Source: an uncultured Myxococcales bacterium
GTDB lineage: Bacteria > Myxococcota_A > UBA9042
DNA length: 35,467 nucleotides
Direction: 5' to 3'
Assembly (NCBI GenBank): GCA_937915965.1
Contig: CALGHC010000490.1
Span: 1 to 35,467 of the forward strand
Part shown: positions 26,679-35,467 of the stretch, in pieces
How the letters are laid out: each line of letters opens with the position of its first letter
How positions within the stretch are numbered: position 1 is the first letter of the stretch
Translations under genes and position numbers: made by a program
The notes under the pieces: generated by a model
Told to the model about the DNA's origin: nothing
The model's database searches: none
The model's input: the letters and a program-made list of their open reading frames with translations, nothing else

Positions 26679-29258
26679 CTAGCCGTTGCGGGTCTGCACG
26701 AGCCGTTCGAGTCGCTCCTCGAGATCGCGCTGACGGCGCTCGACGGCGCCGACATCTTCCTTGAAGCCGTCGATCTGTTTGCCCGTCGCGCTGGCCTCGC
26801 GCAGGTTGCGGATGCCCTCGGCGACGCGCCGTTGGATTCGGCTATCGTCCCGGGCCTCGCCCACCTGCTTCAGTACGGTGATTGCGCGCGCATCGCCCAG
26901 CTGTTCAAGCGACGCCGCCATTGTCAGGGCAAAGCGCCAGGCCCGGTCACGCACATAGGGCGCGAGCCGCTCGAGCGCCGCGGCTGGCTCGCTGCGGAAG
27001 CTGGTCAAGCAGCGCACGGCGCCACAGCGGCCGAGGAGGTGATTGGCGGGCGCGAGGAAGGGCGCGACCTCGTCGAGGGCGCGCGCGTCGCCCAGGGCGG
27101 CGAGACCGTCGAAGACGCCGATACGGATCGTCTCGTTCCAACTCTCGCGGACCAGCCCCGCGCGCAGCGGTTCGAATGCCCGGGCGCGCCGGGTTCGGCC
27201 GAGGCTGCGGGCGAGCTCGGCTTCGACCAGATACGACGCGTCGCCTCCGCCGAACGCGCTCGCGAGCAGGTCGGCGGCCGCGTCCGTATGGAATGAACCC
27301 AGGGCGGCCGCCACCGCGCGGCGCACCTTCGGCTGGGCGAGCGCCAGGCCAAGGCGCAGGGCCTCGAAGCAGCGGTCGGTGCCGATGCGGCCAAGTGCCG
27401 CCGCCACCTCGACCTGGACCGTCCAGTGGGCGCCAGGGCTACTCGGCCGGAGCAGGGCCTCTTCGAGGGCCTCGACGTTGCGCAGAACGGGCCGCTTGGC
27501 GAGGGCAACGGCCGCGTCGATCTGCGCGATCGTGAACGGCGCTTCCAGCAAGAGTTGCCGCAGCGTCGGCTCGCCGACATCGAGCTCAAGCGTCCGTAGC
27601 AGGTCGCCGCAGGGATCGAAGGCGACCAACGCGGGCGCGCTGGGCAGAGCGATGAAGAAGTGCTGGCGCTGCTCCGCCACCCGCAGCGTTCGGTCCACGA
27701 CGCTGCCGTCCTCAAGGCGCAGCCACACACGTAGATCCAGTTCGAAGAGAGCGGCCTCGGCGACGTCCTGCTTCTGCTCGACGGATAGACGCACCTGGCT
27801 GTCGTCGGCGTCCCACCGCGAAGACACGGTGAGCTCGGGGTGACCCCGCCCGACGAGCACCCACTGGTCGAAGAACCTGCCCAGCGAGATGCCGCTGGTC
27901 TCCTCGAATACCCGGCGTAGGTCGTCAGTCTCGGCGGTGCTGTCGGTGTAGCGCTCCAGCCACACGCGAACAGCCTCGAAGAACGTCGCGTCGCCCAGGC
28001 GGCGGCGCAGCATGTGCAGGACCGCGGCGCCCTTCTCGTAGAGGTGAGCGTCAAAGAGGTCGATGGGGTCGTCGTAGTCGCGTGCGACGATCGACCGGCG
28101 GTAGCGGCCGCCATCCTCAGCCATGTACTTGCGGGCGTACTCCAGACGAGCGTGGTCGAACTCCTCGATGCCTTGGGCATGATCGCGCCACAGCAGCTCG
28201 AAATAGGTCGCGAATCCTTCGTTGAGCCAGCCGTGCGCCCAGGTGTGGCAGGTGAGCAGATCGCCGAACCACTGGTGCGCGAGCTCGTGACTGACTAGCG
28301 GCTCGGAGCTGAAGTCGATGTGGGCACGCTCGTCGTGCAGAGTCAGATCCGTCTGGGTGGTCATGGAGGCGTTCTCCATGCCACCAAAGATGAACTCTGA
28401 CACGGCGACCTGCGCGTATTTCTCGAACGGGTACGGCACTCCTGTGAGCTTCTCGAAGTGGCTCACCATCTCCGCCGTGCGGCCAAACGCACGCTCGCCG
28501 TCCGCCTCGCGGCCGGGCAGGACGTAGTAGTCGATGTCGATCGGCTCGGTCTGCTGGCTGACCCGCACGAACGGTCCGACGCAGACGGTGATCAGGTAGA
28601 CCGGGATCGGACGGGCCATCTGCCAGTCGTAGATGCGCTTGCCGGGCTCGTCACCGGGATAGATGTCGCGCAACACGCCGTTGCTGAGCACCGTGAGGTT
28701 GTTGGGGACCGTGACGACGAGGTGCACCCGCTGCTTGTGATTGGGGTGGTCGTGGCAGGGGAACCAGAAGCGCGAGTCCTCGTCCTGGCCCTGGGTCCAG
28801 ACGTGGGGAACGCGCTCGGGGTGGTCCGCGTCGGGCTCAATGAAGTAGATGCCTCGCTGCGGGTCGCGGGTCTCGAAGTCGATGGCGATGCGCAGGGCCG
28901 TGCCACGCGCGAGTGGCGCGCCGGTCTCGATCACCAGCTCGCGACCGTCTGCCCGCCACGTCATCGAGTAGCCGTCGCCGCCATGCACCCCGCCGATGTC
29001 GATTCCCGCGGCGTCGAAGCGCAGGCGCCGAACCTCGGCCTGGCGCACGCGACCCTCGTAGGTCGCGGTTCCGCGGACCGTCCGGGACTCGAGATCGACC
29101 TCCATGACCAGGGTCAGGTCGGTCCAGTCGATCGGTACGTCTGGGGGGTATTTGGCCTTGGTCCCCGGCTCCGCGAAAGCGCGCGGTTTGCCTGCGAGCC
29201 GGTGTAGTTGCACGGCGTTGACTGACTCGATGCCCTCGAAACCACGCTCACTCGCCAT
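26679..29258 (-). CDS. M1-family zinc aminopeptidase (aminopeptidase N-like) with a C-terminal HEAT-repeat region
   Basis: GGMENAS (GxMEN exopeptidase motif) and HELAHQWFGDLLTCHTWAHGWLNEGFATYFE (HExxH-x18-E). The C-terminal ~250 aa are HEAT-like repeats plus a short coiled coil. ATG 29258 lies 6 nt after GGGGAGG. The upstream part of ORF 26679..29597 is junk. Confidence 0.92.
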   Translation of the reverse strand: MASERGFEGIESVNAVQLHRLAGKPRAFAEPGTKAKYPPDVPIDWTDLTLVMEVDLESRTVRGTATYEGRVRQAEVRRLRFDAAGIDIGGVHGGDGYSMTWRADGRELVIETGAPLARGTALRIAIDFETRDPQRGIYFIEPDADHPERVPHVWTQGQDEDSRFWFPCHDHPNHKQRVHLVVTVPNNLTVLSNGVLRDIYPGDEPGKRIYDWQMARPIPVYLITVCVGPFVRVSQQTEPIDIDYYVLPGREADGERAFGRTAEMVSHFEKLTGVPYPFEKYAQVAVSEFIFGGMENASMTTQTDLTLHDERAHIDFSSEPLVSHELAHQWFGDLLTCHTWAHGWLNEGFATYFELLWRDHAQGIEEFDHARLEYARKYMAEDGGRYRRSIVARDYDDPIDLFDAHLYEKGAAVLHMLRRRLGDATFFEAVRVWLERYTDSTAETDDLRRVFEETSGISLGRFFDQWVLVGRGHPELTVSSRWDADDSQVRLSVEQKQDVAEAALFELDLRVWLRLEDGSVVDRTLRVAEQRQHFFIALPSAPALVAFDPCGDLLRTLELDVGEPTLRQLLLEAPFTIAQIDAAVALAKRPVLRNVEALEEALLRPSSPGAHWTVQVEVAAALGRIGTDRCFEALRLGLALAQPKVRRAVAAALGSFHTDAAADLLASAFGGGDASYLVEAELARSLGRTRRARAFEPLRAGLVRESWNETIRIGVFDGLAALGDARALDEVAPFLAPANHLLGRCGAVRCLTSFRSEPAAALERLAPYVRDRAWRFALTMAASLEQLGDARAITVLKQVGEARDDSRIQRRVAEGIRNLREASATGKQIDGFKEDVGAVERRQRDLEERLERLVQTRNG

Positions 29259-29313
29259 GCTAGCCTCCCCGTCTGCCGTGTTGGGCGAAGGAACGGTACG
29301 GCGGCGTCCAGGT

Positions 29314-31629
29314 TCAAGCAAGCCCCCATCGGCGTCGCAGCCACCATTCCAGGCCGAGCAGCACGACAAGAAGCCACCAGACCTCTGCGCGCGACCACAG
29401 CTCGCTGCGCTCCCGGCTGATCCAGTCTGCTGCATAGTTCCGCGCGCCCCGAACCGCCGCCGTCGGGCGCTCAGGCAGCATCTCGCCCCCTGATGCGCGG
29501 ACCAGTAGGCCCAAGAGGCGGCCGTCAGCGTGAACGCCGGTGTCCTCGGCGCCGGCTGCCTCGACGGCGAGCGGTACCGTGGTCTGGTAGGGGACATCGT
29601 CGACTGTGCAACCGATGATCACGTTGTGCCGGCCCGGCGCTTGGGGGGCGAGGCGCAGTGTGACGGTGCCGTCGGCGTCGGTCGTCTGTGGCCAAGTGTG
29701 CGCGGCCCTGGCGAACGCCTCGGCCTCCGCGGTTGCGTCGGCCGGCGACGCCGGGTCGTTCATGGGCACAACCAGCCACCTCACCTGCGCCCCTGCCCGT
29801 GGTTGCAGGTCGGGGCCCCGGACTCGGACCGCCAGTGAGACCTCCTCGCCGGGGAAGAGGGCGCGCTCGGGTCCATCGACGAGCAGAGTCGCCCACGCCG
29901 GGTCGCCGACCAGCCAGCCGAGCAGATGGTCGAGCAGCCGGTGGTAGTCCTGGCGATGTTGGTCGCGGGCGCTCTCGCCGGCATCCGGTGGGAAGGCCCA
30001 GGTCCACAGGCCGTCGCTGGCCACAACCGCGCTGCGCCCCCTTCCCCGCGGCCCAAATGCGATCAACGGGCTGCCGTCACCGGTCACGGCGAGGGTGTGG
30101 CCGGCTCGCCCGATCAGGGCGGTGTTGTGCCCCGGCAGGCGAGCCGCCGCCCACGCGTCGACGTTGGCCTGTGCGTCGTCGCGCACGCGTAGAATCGGGT
30201 GCCCCCGGCCCAGCGGAGTCAACTGTGGTGCGACCAGCCCCTCGTCGTAGCCGTCGTCGGCACCCGTGAGCGCATCGATCGCTACCGGTAGCAGGTCGTC
30301 GAGGCCGCTACCGCGATAGCTACCAGCAGCCAGGGTCGTCGGGCCGCCCACCACCAGGAGGCCGCCGCCCTGCTGCAACCAAGTGGCGATTCGCGGCAAG
30401 TGTTCATCCACGCCAAAAGGACCGAGCGGAAAATCCTGAAGAACAACCAGGTCGAAGCTATCGAGGGCCTCGCCGAAGAGCTCGTTGGTAGGGAAGGGGA
30501 TCAGCGTGGTGTCCTGGCCCTGCACGAACAGGCCCTCGCCCGGGTCGACGAGAACGTAGAATGACATGAGATCCACGCCCGGATCGCCGTGAAGGTGTTC
30601 GCGCAAGAAGCGAGCGTCCCACGAGGGCCGACCGGCAAGGTGGAGGATCCGCACGCGATCGCGAACCACCTGCAGCGTCGTGTGCAGGCTGTTGTTCAGC
30701 GCCGTCGCCTCGTCGGGCAGCGGCACCACCTCGGCACCGAGCACGTAGCGTCCGACGCTGCGGGGTTCGACCTCGAAGTCGACGGTCCGGCTGATCGGAC
30801 CGTCGAGGGACACACGCTCGCTGGCCACCTCGCGGCCGTCGAGGGTAAGCCGCACGGTCGCTTCGCCGCTGCGGCCACTGTAGCCGGTGATTCTCAAATC
30901 GACCGCGACCGGCAGCGCGGTCCGCGCGAAGGCGAAGCTGCTGGCCCGCAGGGCCGAGATCGCGACATCCGTGGCTGGGCCGTCATCGACGATGAGGATC
31001 GCGTGGACCGGCACGCCGAGTCGACCGATCAGCGCGGCTGTGGCGTCGTCGACAACGGCGGGCCGGTCGTCGGTCGAAGCGGGGTTGCGGGCCGCGAGTC
31101 GACCATTGTCGATTCCGTCGCTGATCAGCACGACCGCTGCGAGGCCCGCGGGGCGGTCGAGATCGGTGAGGGCCTCGATCGACGCGAGAAGGTCAGTGGA
31201 CTCGCCGTTGGCCTCGAAAGCCGCCAACCGGGCCGCATCTTTTGCCAGACCGACTGTTTCGCGCAGCGTCCAGACGCGCGTCTGCTGTTGGTTGGCGAGG
31301 GTCGCCGCGGCAGCTCGCGCTCGGTCGAATCGGCTCTGGCCGCCGGCACCCCGGGCCATCGACCGCGATGCGTCGATCACGACCGCGACCAGGCGCCGAC
31401 CCGCCTGCTCCGTCTCGGTGACCCACGTCGGCTGCATGAGCACGGCCACGAGAGCCGCGACCAACAAGCCTCGCAGGCACAGCACGACCGCGCGCCTGCC
31501 GAGTGGCAGAGGCCGGGAGTTCCACCACGCCAGGACCAGCACGGCGATCGCGAGGCCCACGACCAGTACGCGGGGGCCAGCGGACCAACCGAGCGTCCAT
31601 TCCAGGTAGCGGGCCTGATCAGCGCCCAT
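29314..31629 (-). CDS. BatA-like membrane protein: N-terminal double-TM anchor, VWA domain, GATase1-like domain, Ig-like domain and C-terminal TM
   Basis: Two N-terminal TM helices, then the VWA MIDAS motif VVIDASRSMA and VVLISDGIDNG. Next come FDLVVLQDFPLG...WLQQGGGLLVVGG and the C-terminal TM VWWLLVVLLGLEWWLRRRW. It overlaps the upstream DUF4159 gene by 11 nt. Confidence 0.75.
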   Translation of the reverse strand: MGADQARYLEWTLGWSAGPRVLVVGLAIAVLVLAWWNSRPLPLGRRAVVLCLRGLLVAALVAVLMQPTWVTETEQAGRRLVAVVIDASRSMARGAGGQSRFDRARAAAATLANQQQTRVWTLRETVGLAKDAARLAAFEANGESTDLLASIEALTDLDRPAGLAAVVLISDGIDNGRLAARNPASTDDRPAVVDDATAALIGRLGVPVHAILIVDDGPATDVAISALRASSFAFARTALPVAVDLRITGYSGRSGEATVRLTLDGREVASERVSLDGPISRTVDFEVEPRSVGRYVLGAEVVPLPDEATALNNSLHTTLQVVRDRVRILHLAGRPSWDARFLREHLHGDPGVDLMSFYVLVDPGEGLFVQGQDTTLIPFPTNELFGEALDSFDLVVLQDFPLGPFGVDEHLPRIATWLQQGGGLLVVGGPTTLAAGSYRGSGLDDLLPVAIDALTGADDGYDEGLVAPQLTPLGRGHPILRVRDDAQANVDAWAAARLPGHNTALIGRAGHTLAVTGDGSPLIAFGPRGRGRSAVVASDGLWTWAFPPDAGESARDQHRQDYHRLLDHLLGWLVGDPAWATLLVDGPERALFPGEEVSLAVRVRGPDLQPRAGAQVRWLVVPMNDPASPADATAEAEAFARAAHTWPQTTDADGTVTLRLAPQAPGRHNVIIGCTVDDVPYQTTVPLAVEAAGAEDTGVHADGRLLGLLVRASGGEMLPERPTAAVRGARNYAADWISRERSELWSRAEVWWLLVVLLGLEWWLRRRWGLA

Positions 31630-32491
31630 TGCGGCTCGAGGGAGGCGGCAGCCCCTTCAGCCGGCGACGGCGAAGGAGGTGCATGATGTGTGTGTGATCG
31701 TCCTTGTAGTCGAAGCACAGCGCGTACAGGACGAGGTTGATCGCGAGGCGAAACGCCTGCTCGCGCTGCATCTCGCCGCCTGGCACGACGGGCAACGCGT
31801 AGCCGCCAGTGGCCGCCCGTTTGAATGCACCGGCGAGGTCGTTGCGTGTGTAGAGCACCGCGTAGTGCTTTCCAAGGCGCACCCCCTCAAGATTGTGGGC
31901 GTCGGCGCGGCGTCCATACGGGCGGGTGAGACGGTAGAAAGACCGGTAGACGACGTGGGTGTCGGGAACGGGTTCGAGTGGCCGAGAGAGGATGCGTTCG
32001 ACCTGAGCGCGCACGCCGACGTCAAAGTCGGACGACGGTCCACTGCGGCTTGTGTCGTCGATGATCAAGACGCCCCCCGTCGAGAGGTGCTGACGCAGCG
32101 CAGCGACGCCCTGGTCGCTGATCCGCGCCGGCGCCGCGTTGCCGCCCCAATAGAGCAATGGGTAGCGAAACAGGTTCGGGTCTTCGGGGCGGACGCTGGT
32201 AGCCCGCTGGGCGATGTCAACGCTTGTGCGCAGCCGAACTTCCTGTGCCCAGGAAGATAGGGCACCCGCGGAGCTCGGGCTGCTGCGGCCAATTTGAAGG
32301 CGTGCGATGCGGACCATCGACGGTGCGTCCGGCTCAGCGGCGTGGCCACGGGGCGCGAACGCCGTCCACACCAGCGCGAACAGGGCTGATAGCCACACTG
32401 CCCGTGGTGACGAGTTGTTGCCCCTCCCCAGCCCGCGTCGAAGTGGGGCTCGGCTGGGGGATGGAATCAGGCGGTGGCAAGCGCGGCGCAT
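31619..32491 (-). CDS. DUF4159 domain protein
   Basis: ARLQIG...WAQEVRLRTSVDI...PNLFRYPLLYWGGNAAPARISDQGVAALRQHLSTGGVLIIDD...HVVYRSFYRL...NDLAGAF...REQAFRLAINLVLYAL. This matches my recollection of PF13709. An N-terminal signal/TM (VWLSALFALVWTAFA) is present. Confidence 0.78.
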   Translation of the reverse strand: MRRACHRLIPSPSRAPLRRGLGRGNNSSPRAVWLSALFALVWTAFAPRGHAAEPDAPSMVRIARLQIGRSSPSSAGALSSWAQEVRLRTSVDIAQRATSVRPEDPNLFRYPLLYWGGNAAPARISDQGVAALRQHLSTGGVLIIDDTSRSGPSSDFDVGVRAQVERILSRPLEPVPDTHVVYRSFYRLTRPYGRRADAHNLEGVRLGKHYAVLYTRNDLAGAFKRAATGGYALPVVPGGEMQREQAFRLAINLVLYALCFDYKDDHTHIMHLLRRRRLKGLPPPSSRNGR

Positions 32492-32561
32492 GACGCTCCC
32501 ATCCGACGCCAGCTGTTGGCGCAGGGGCGGCCGGCGAGCATAGCAGAGATGGGCGCGCCCG

Positions 32562-35237
32562 CTACCGCACCCGCCAGCTCAGGTCGTAGTGCGTCTCCGC
32601 CTGCAGCGGTCCGACCTCGATGATGTGCGCGCCCTCTTGCAGCAGCCAGCAGCTGACCGACCTGCGGTGCGGCGGCACCAGCCCGATGTCGCCCGCGCCT
32701 GCGGGCGCCAAATCCCAACCGCCTTGCGGGGGCGGCGGCCCCGCGCAGCCTTGGAGGCCCGGGCCGATGACACGAATCGGCGGTGAGGCGACCTGCGAAG
32801 AGGTCGCGCACTCCAGCAGGGCGTCACGCGGCAGCTGCAACACAAAGCGGTCGACGGCGCCCGGGCAGAGGCCCAGCCCCGCCAGCGTCCGCGCCCGCTG
32901 GCCGTCTGCGCCACCGAGTTGGGTCGGTGCGCTCCCCGGCGCTGTGTCGTAGCGGTCGGGGCCGCAGGGCGCTGGTGGTCCGGCCTCGGCGAATAGCGCG
33001 ATCGCCGCGGCGCCCTGGTCAGGCACGCTGAGTTCAAACGCGATTGAGGCCGCGCTCTGCGGGGGCGCGATCAGCGGCAAGGTCCCCTCGGGGCTCGCGA
33101 CACCGGTGGAAACGGCAGCGAGCGTCGAGATACCGTCGGCGGTCTCGACGTCGGTTGCCGGCGCTTCGCCGACGACCAGATCGTCCAAGCCCGCGGCCGG
33201 CAACGCGCGGATGCCGCCAGCGGCCGCAGCTGGCAGCGCGACCGCCAACGCCCGTGCCATTCCCGGCGGGCGGCTGAGCCACAGGCCGAACGCCTGGGGA
33301 AGCCACAACACCCCGGCCGGCCGCTGTACCAGCGGGTCGTCGCGCCAGGCAGCCGTGGCCGGTCCGGTTGCGGCGCGGATCTGCAGCGACACCGCCATGT
33401 TGCCCAGCGGCTGCACCGCGAAGACGTGGGTCTCACCCGGAACCCCGGCGAGGCGCGCATGGGTCGCGCCGGCCGTCGACGCGAATCGCACTGGGGTCGT
33501 GCCGTCGGGGTCGCCCAACACGACGAGAGCTGCCGTCGCGTTGCGCAGATCGAAGCCGACCGGTTCACCGCTGGTCCCGAGGCGCTCGAAGCGTAGCCAC
33601 TCCCCCGGGCAGGCCAGACCCTCGTACCAGCCCTGCGACTCCAGCAGCTGAATTGGGGCGGCGCCAACCGCCTGACCGCATCGTACGTCGCCAAGCACGA
33701 CACGGATCGAGCTGGAGGTGGCTGCGTCGGCTGTCACCCGGATCCGCAGCGTTCTTGGCGCGGCCGACGCCGGCACGTCGCAGGGTGCTCCTGCAGAGTG
33801 GCCAAGGCAGATGGTGTCGTTGGCGTCGCGGACTTCGATAGCGACCGGCGGCCAGCCATCCGGCGTGTCCGCGATGACCCGGACGGACTCGCTCGAGGCG
33901 ACGATCAGGTCGCGTTCGTCGGCCGCGCCGGGGCAGTGTCGGGCCAACCACGCCGGTCCGCGCGCCGCGAGCGCGGTCGCCTCGCCGGCGTCTCCGTCAT
34001 CGACGCAGCCCGACCCGATGCCGACCAGGGCGGCGCCGTGTGTGGGCCAGACCGCTCGGCCGGCGCAACGTCCGAAGAACGGGTCGTCGAGGTCGTCGAC
34101 CTCGACCTGCAGCGCGACGAGCGAGCCCGGCGCGATCAGGCTGAACGGTGCGCTGTTCCCTTGTGGCGGCGCGCCGCCGGTGACCTGCAGGTTCGCGGCG
34201 GAACCAGCGCGAAAGGCCGCTGTCGACGACCAGGCGCGAACAAGCCACGAGCGCGCCCTGCTGTCGAGATCCGTCGCTGCCACCGCGCCAGCCAGCGTCG
34301 TCGTCGTCGCCGACGTCGGCAACTCGACCCGTGGATGGGGCGGTGCGAGCAGGCACGCCGACGCGGCGTCACGAGCTTGAAGGTGAACGCGCAAGGTGTG
34401 CAGGGCGATCGGGGCCTCGACTCCCGGCGACGCGAAGACGAACTCTACGGCGCGCTCATCCGCCAAGTCTGCGTCGTCGGGGCGGTAGCGCAGGACGTAG
34501 GAGCCCTTGCTCAGCTCGACGAGCTCCGCGCCGGTCGGCGCGGGGGCAACGAGCGCGATCGGGGCGCCGAGAAGCGCCGTCGTGTCGGTGCGCACGGGCC
34601 ACCGCCCCGCTCGGCTGGCGTCCAGATTCAGCCAGACGTCATCGGCTGCCTCGATTCCGTCGGCCAGCGTCGAGGGCGTGACCACGACACTGCCCGTGGA
34701 CGTGGCTGTGCGGCCGGCGGCGTCGTGGGCTTCGATCACGATGGGGTGCGGCTTGCTGGCGATCCGGGGCGTCCCCGGTGGGTTGGGGCCCAGCGCGAAC
34801 GCATCCGGGACCCAGATCAAGCGCGCACGTGCGCTGTCAGCACCGCCCGCATCCGTGATCAAGCCGAGGCCCGGCGGCGCCATCACAACGCGCCACGTCA
34901 GCGGCGTGATTACCTCACCGATCGCCTCAAGCGACCGCTCCCAGGCGAGGCCGACCTCGGCTTCCGATGCGCCCAGGGGGGGGAGATAGAATGGCGCCGG
35001 ATCGGAGCCGCAGCCCTGGCCGGCCATGGCCAGCCAGGCAGCGACCAGCACCAGTCCCGCCCAGCGAAAGCGACGATGGATGCTGGCGAACGCCGGCTTG
35101 CGGTGGCAGACTGCCACCCGGTCGGCGCGGCACGCCCCGCCAGGGACGGCAACGAGCCAGCGGCCCAGCCGCGAACCCGGTGATCCCCGCCATGATTCCG
35201 GGATCAAGCTTCCCGCGGCAGGCTGTCGTCCCGGCAT
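32562..35237 (-). CDS. Large (~850-890 aa) Ala/Gly/Pro-rich hypothetical secreted protein, probable lipoprotein
   Basis: Long ORF co-directional with the DUF4159/VWA genes and 70 nt upstream of them. Signal-like HRRFRWAGLVLVAAWLAMAGQGCGSD. The start is uncertain: ATG 35237 or in-frame GTG 35117, which gives MAVCHRKPAFASIHRRFRW.... I recognise no family. Confidence 0.6.
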   Translation of the reverse strand: MPGRQPAAGSLIPESWRGSPGSRLGRWLVAVPGGACRADRVAVCHRKPAFASIHRRFRWAGLVLVAAWLAMAGQGCGSDPAPFYLPPLGASEAEVGLAWERSLEAIGEVITPLTWRVVMAPPGLGLITDAGGADSARARLIWVPDAFALGPNPPGTPRIASKPHPIVIEAHDAAGRTATSTGSVVVTPSTLADGIEAADDVWLNLDASRAGRWPVRTDTTALLGAPIALVAPAPTGAELVELSKGSYVLRYRPDDADLADERAVEFVFASPGVEAPIALHTLRVHLQARDAASACLLAPPHPRVELPTSATTTTLAGAVAATDLDSRARSWLVRAWSSTAAFRAGSAANLQVTGGAPPQGNSAPFSLIAPGSLVALQVEVDDLDDPFFGRCAGRAVWPTHGAALVGIGSGCVDDGDAGEATALAARGPAWLARHCPGAADERDLIVASSESVRVIADTPDGWPPVAIEVRDANDTICLGHSAGAPCDVPASAAPRTLRIRVTADAATSSSIRVVLGDVRCGQAVGAAPIQLLESQGWYEGLACPGEWLRFERLGTSGEPVGFDLRNATAALVVLGDPDGTTPVRFASTAGATHARLAGVPGETHVFAVQPLGNMAVSLQIRAATGPATAAWRDDPLVQRPAGVLWLPQAFGLWLSRPPGMARALAVALPAAAAGGIRALPAAGLDDLVVGEAPATDVETADGISTLAAVSTGVASPEGTLPLIAPPQSAASIAFELSVPDQGAAAIALFAEAGPPAPCGPDRYDTAPGSAPTQLGGADGQRARTLAGLGLCPGAVDRFVLQLPRDALLECATSSQVASPPIRVIGPGLQGCAGPPPPQGGWDLAPAGAGDIGLVPPHRRSVSCWLLQEGAHIIEVGPLQAETHYDLSWRVR

Positions 35238-35303
35238 TGGAAGCCATCTCCTGGAGGAATCTCATGGCTCGAGCCCCAGCTAGCATAACACGCGGCGCCG
35301 TGC

Positions 35304-35330
35304 CCCTGTCGTCCCTGTCGTCCCTGTCGT
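35304..35330. repeat. 9-bp tandem repeat (ccctgtcgt) x3 in a divergent intergenic region
   Basis: Three perfect copies at 35304-35312, 35313-35321 and 35322-35330, between the 891-aa gene (minus) and the partial lipoprotein gene (plus). Confidence 0.9.
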
Positions 35331-35375
35331 GTTTCCGCCCTGAATGCGGTACGATTTTCCATCGGAGGACATCCC

Positions 35376-35467
35376 ATGCGAAAAACCAAGGGCATCGTTG
35401 TCATCGTCATCCTGCTGTTCGCTGCCTGTGGCGGGGGGGACGGGCCCGGGGGCGGAGACGGGGGCGG
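35376..35467 (+). CDS. Lipoprotein, 5' fragment (runs off the window edge)
   Basis: ATG 35376 lies 6 nt after GGAGGA (35364-35369). It encodes MRKTKGIVVIVILLFAACGGGDGPGGGDGG, a signal peptide with the LFAAC lipobox followed by a Gly/Asp linker. It is absent from the ORF track because it has no stop codon. Confidence 0.6.
   Translation, partial: MRKTKGIVVIVILLFAACGGGDGPGGGDGG

Overview
This is a very GC-rich chromosomal segment of Myxococcota type. The taxon markers are a MYXO-CTERM sorting tag, Myxococcus-type cysteine-rich repeats and MopE-like metal-binding motifs. All domain names below come from reading the translations and recalling family signatures; no searches were run.

Plus strand (226-15903): the lipoprotein and lipid housekeeping genes lspA, lgt, cdsA and lipB come first. 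They are followed by a single 11.7-kb gene for a predicted ~3,900-aa Cys/Asp-rich lipoprotein. Its parts, in order, are about 19 Myxococcus-type Cys repeats, a central non-repeat cassette, about 30 MopE-like units arranged in 18 super-modules, a PPC domain and a C-terminal TLDc domain.

A long GC hairpin (15961-16004) separates this gene from a run of minus-strand genes (16036-35237). In transcription order these are:
- an 891-aa orphan lipoprotein, DUF4159, a VWA double-TM protein and an M1 aminopeptidase with a HEAT tail, which look like one operon
- a DUF2330 protein with a MYXO-CTERM tag, preceded by a near-consensus sigma-54 promoter
- a secreted HEAT-repeat protein
- an orphan CoA-transferase B subunit
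- manC, a PMM/PGM gene, gatC, gatA and gatB

A 5'-partial lipoprotein gene begins at 35376. I saw no rRNA, tRNA, CRISPR array, IS element or phage genes.

The main candidate for novelty is the giant lipoprotein, because of its TLDc terminus, modular metal-binding array and central cassette, and its position directly downstream of insertion-bearing lspA and lgt. Secondary curiosities are a 15-bp repeat that places five in-frame ATGs at the 5' end of gatC, and several unrelated short tandem repeats sitting at gene boundaries.
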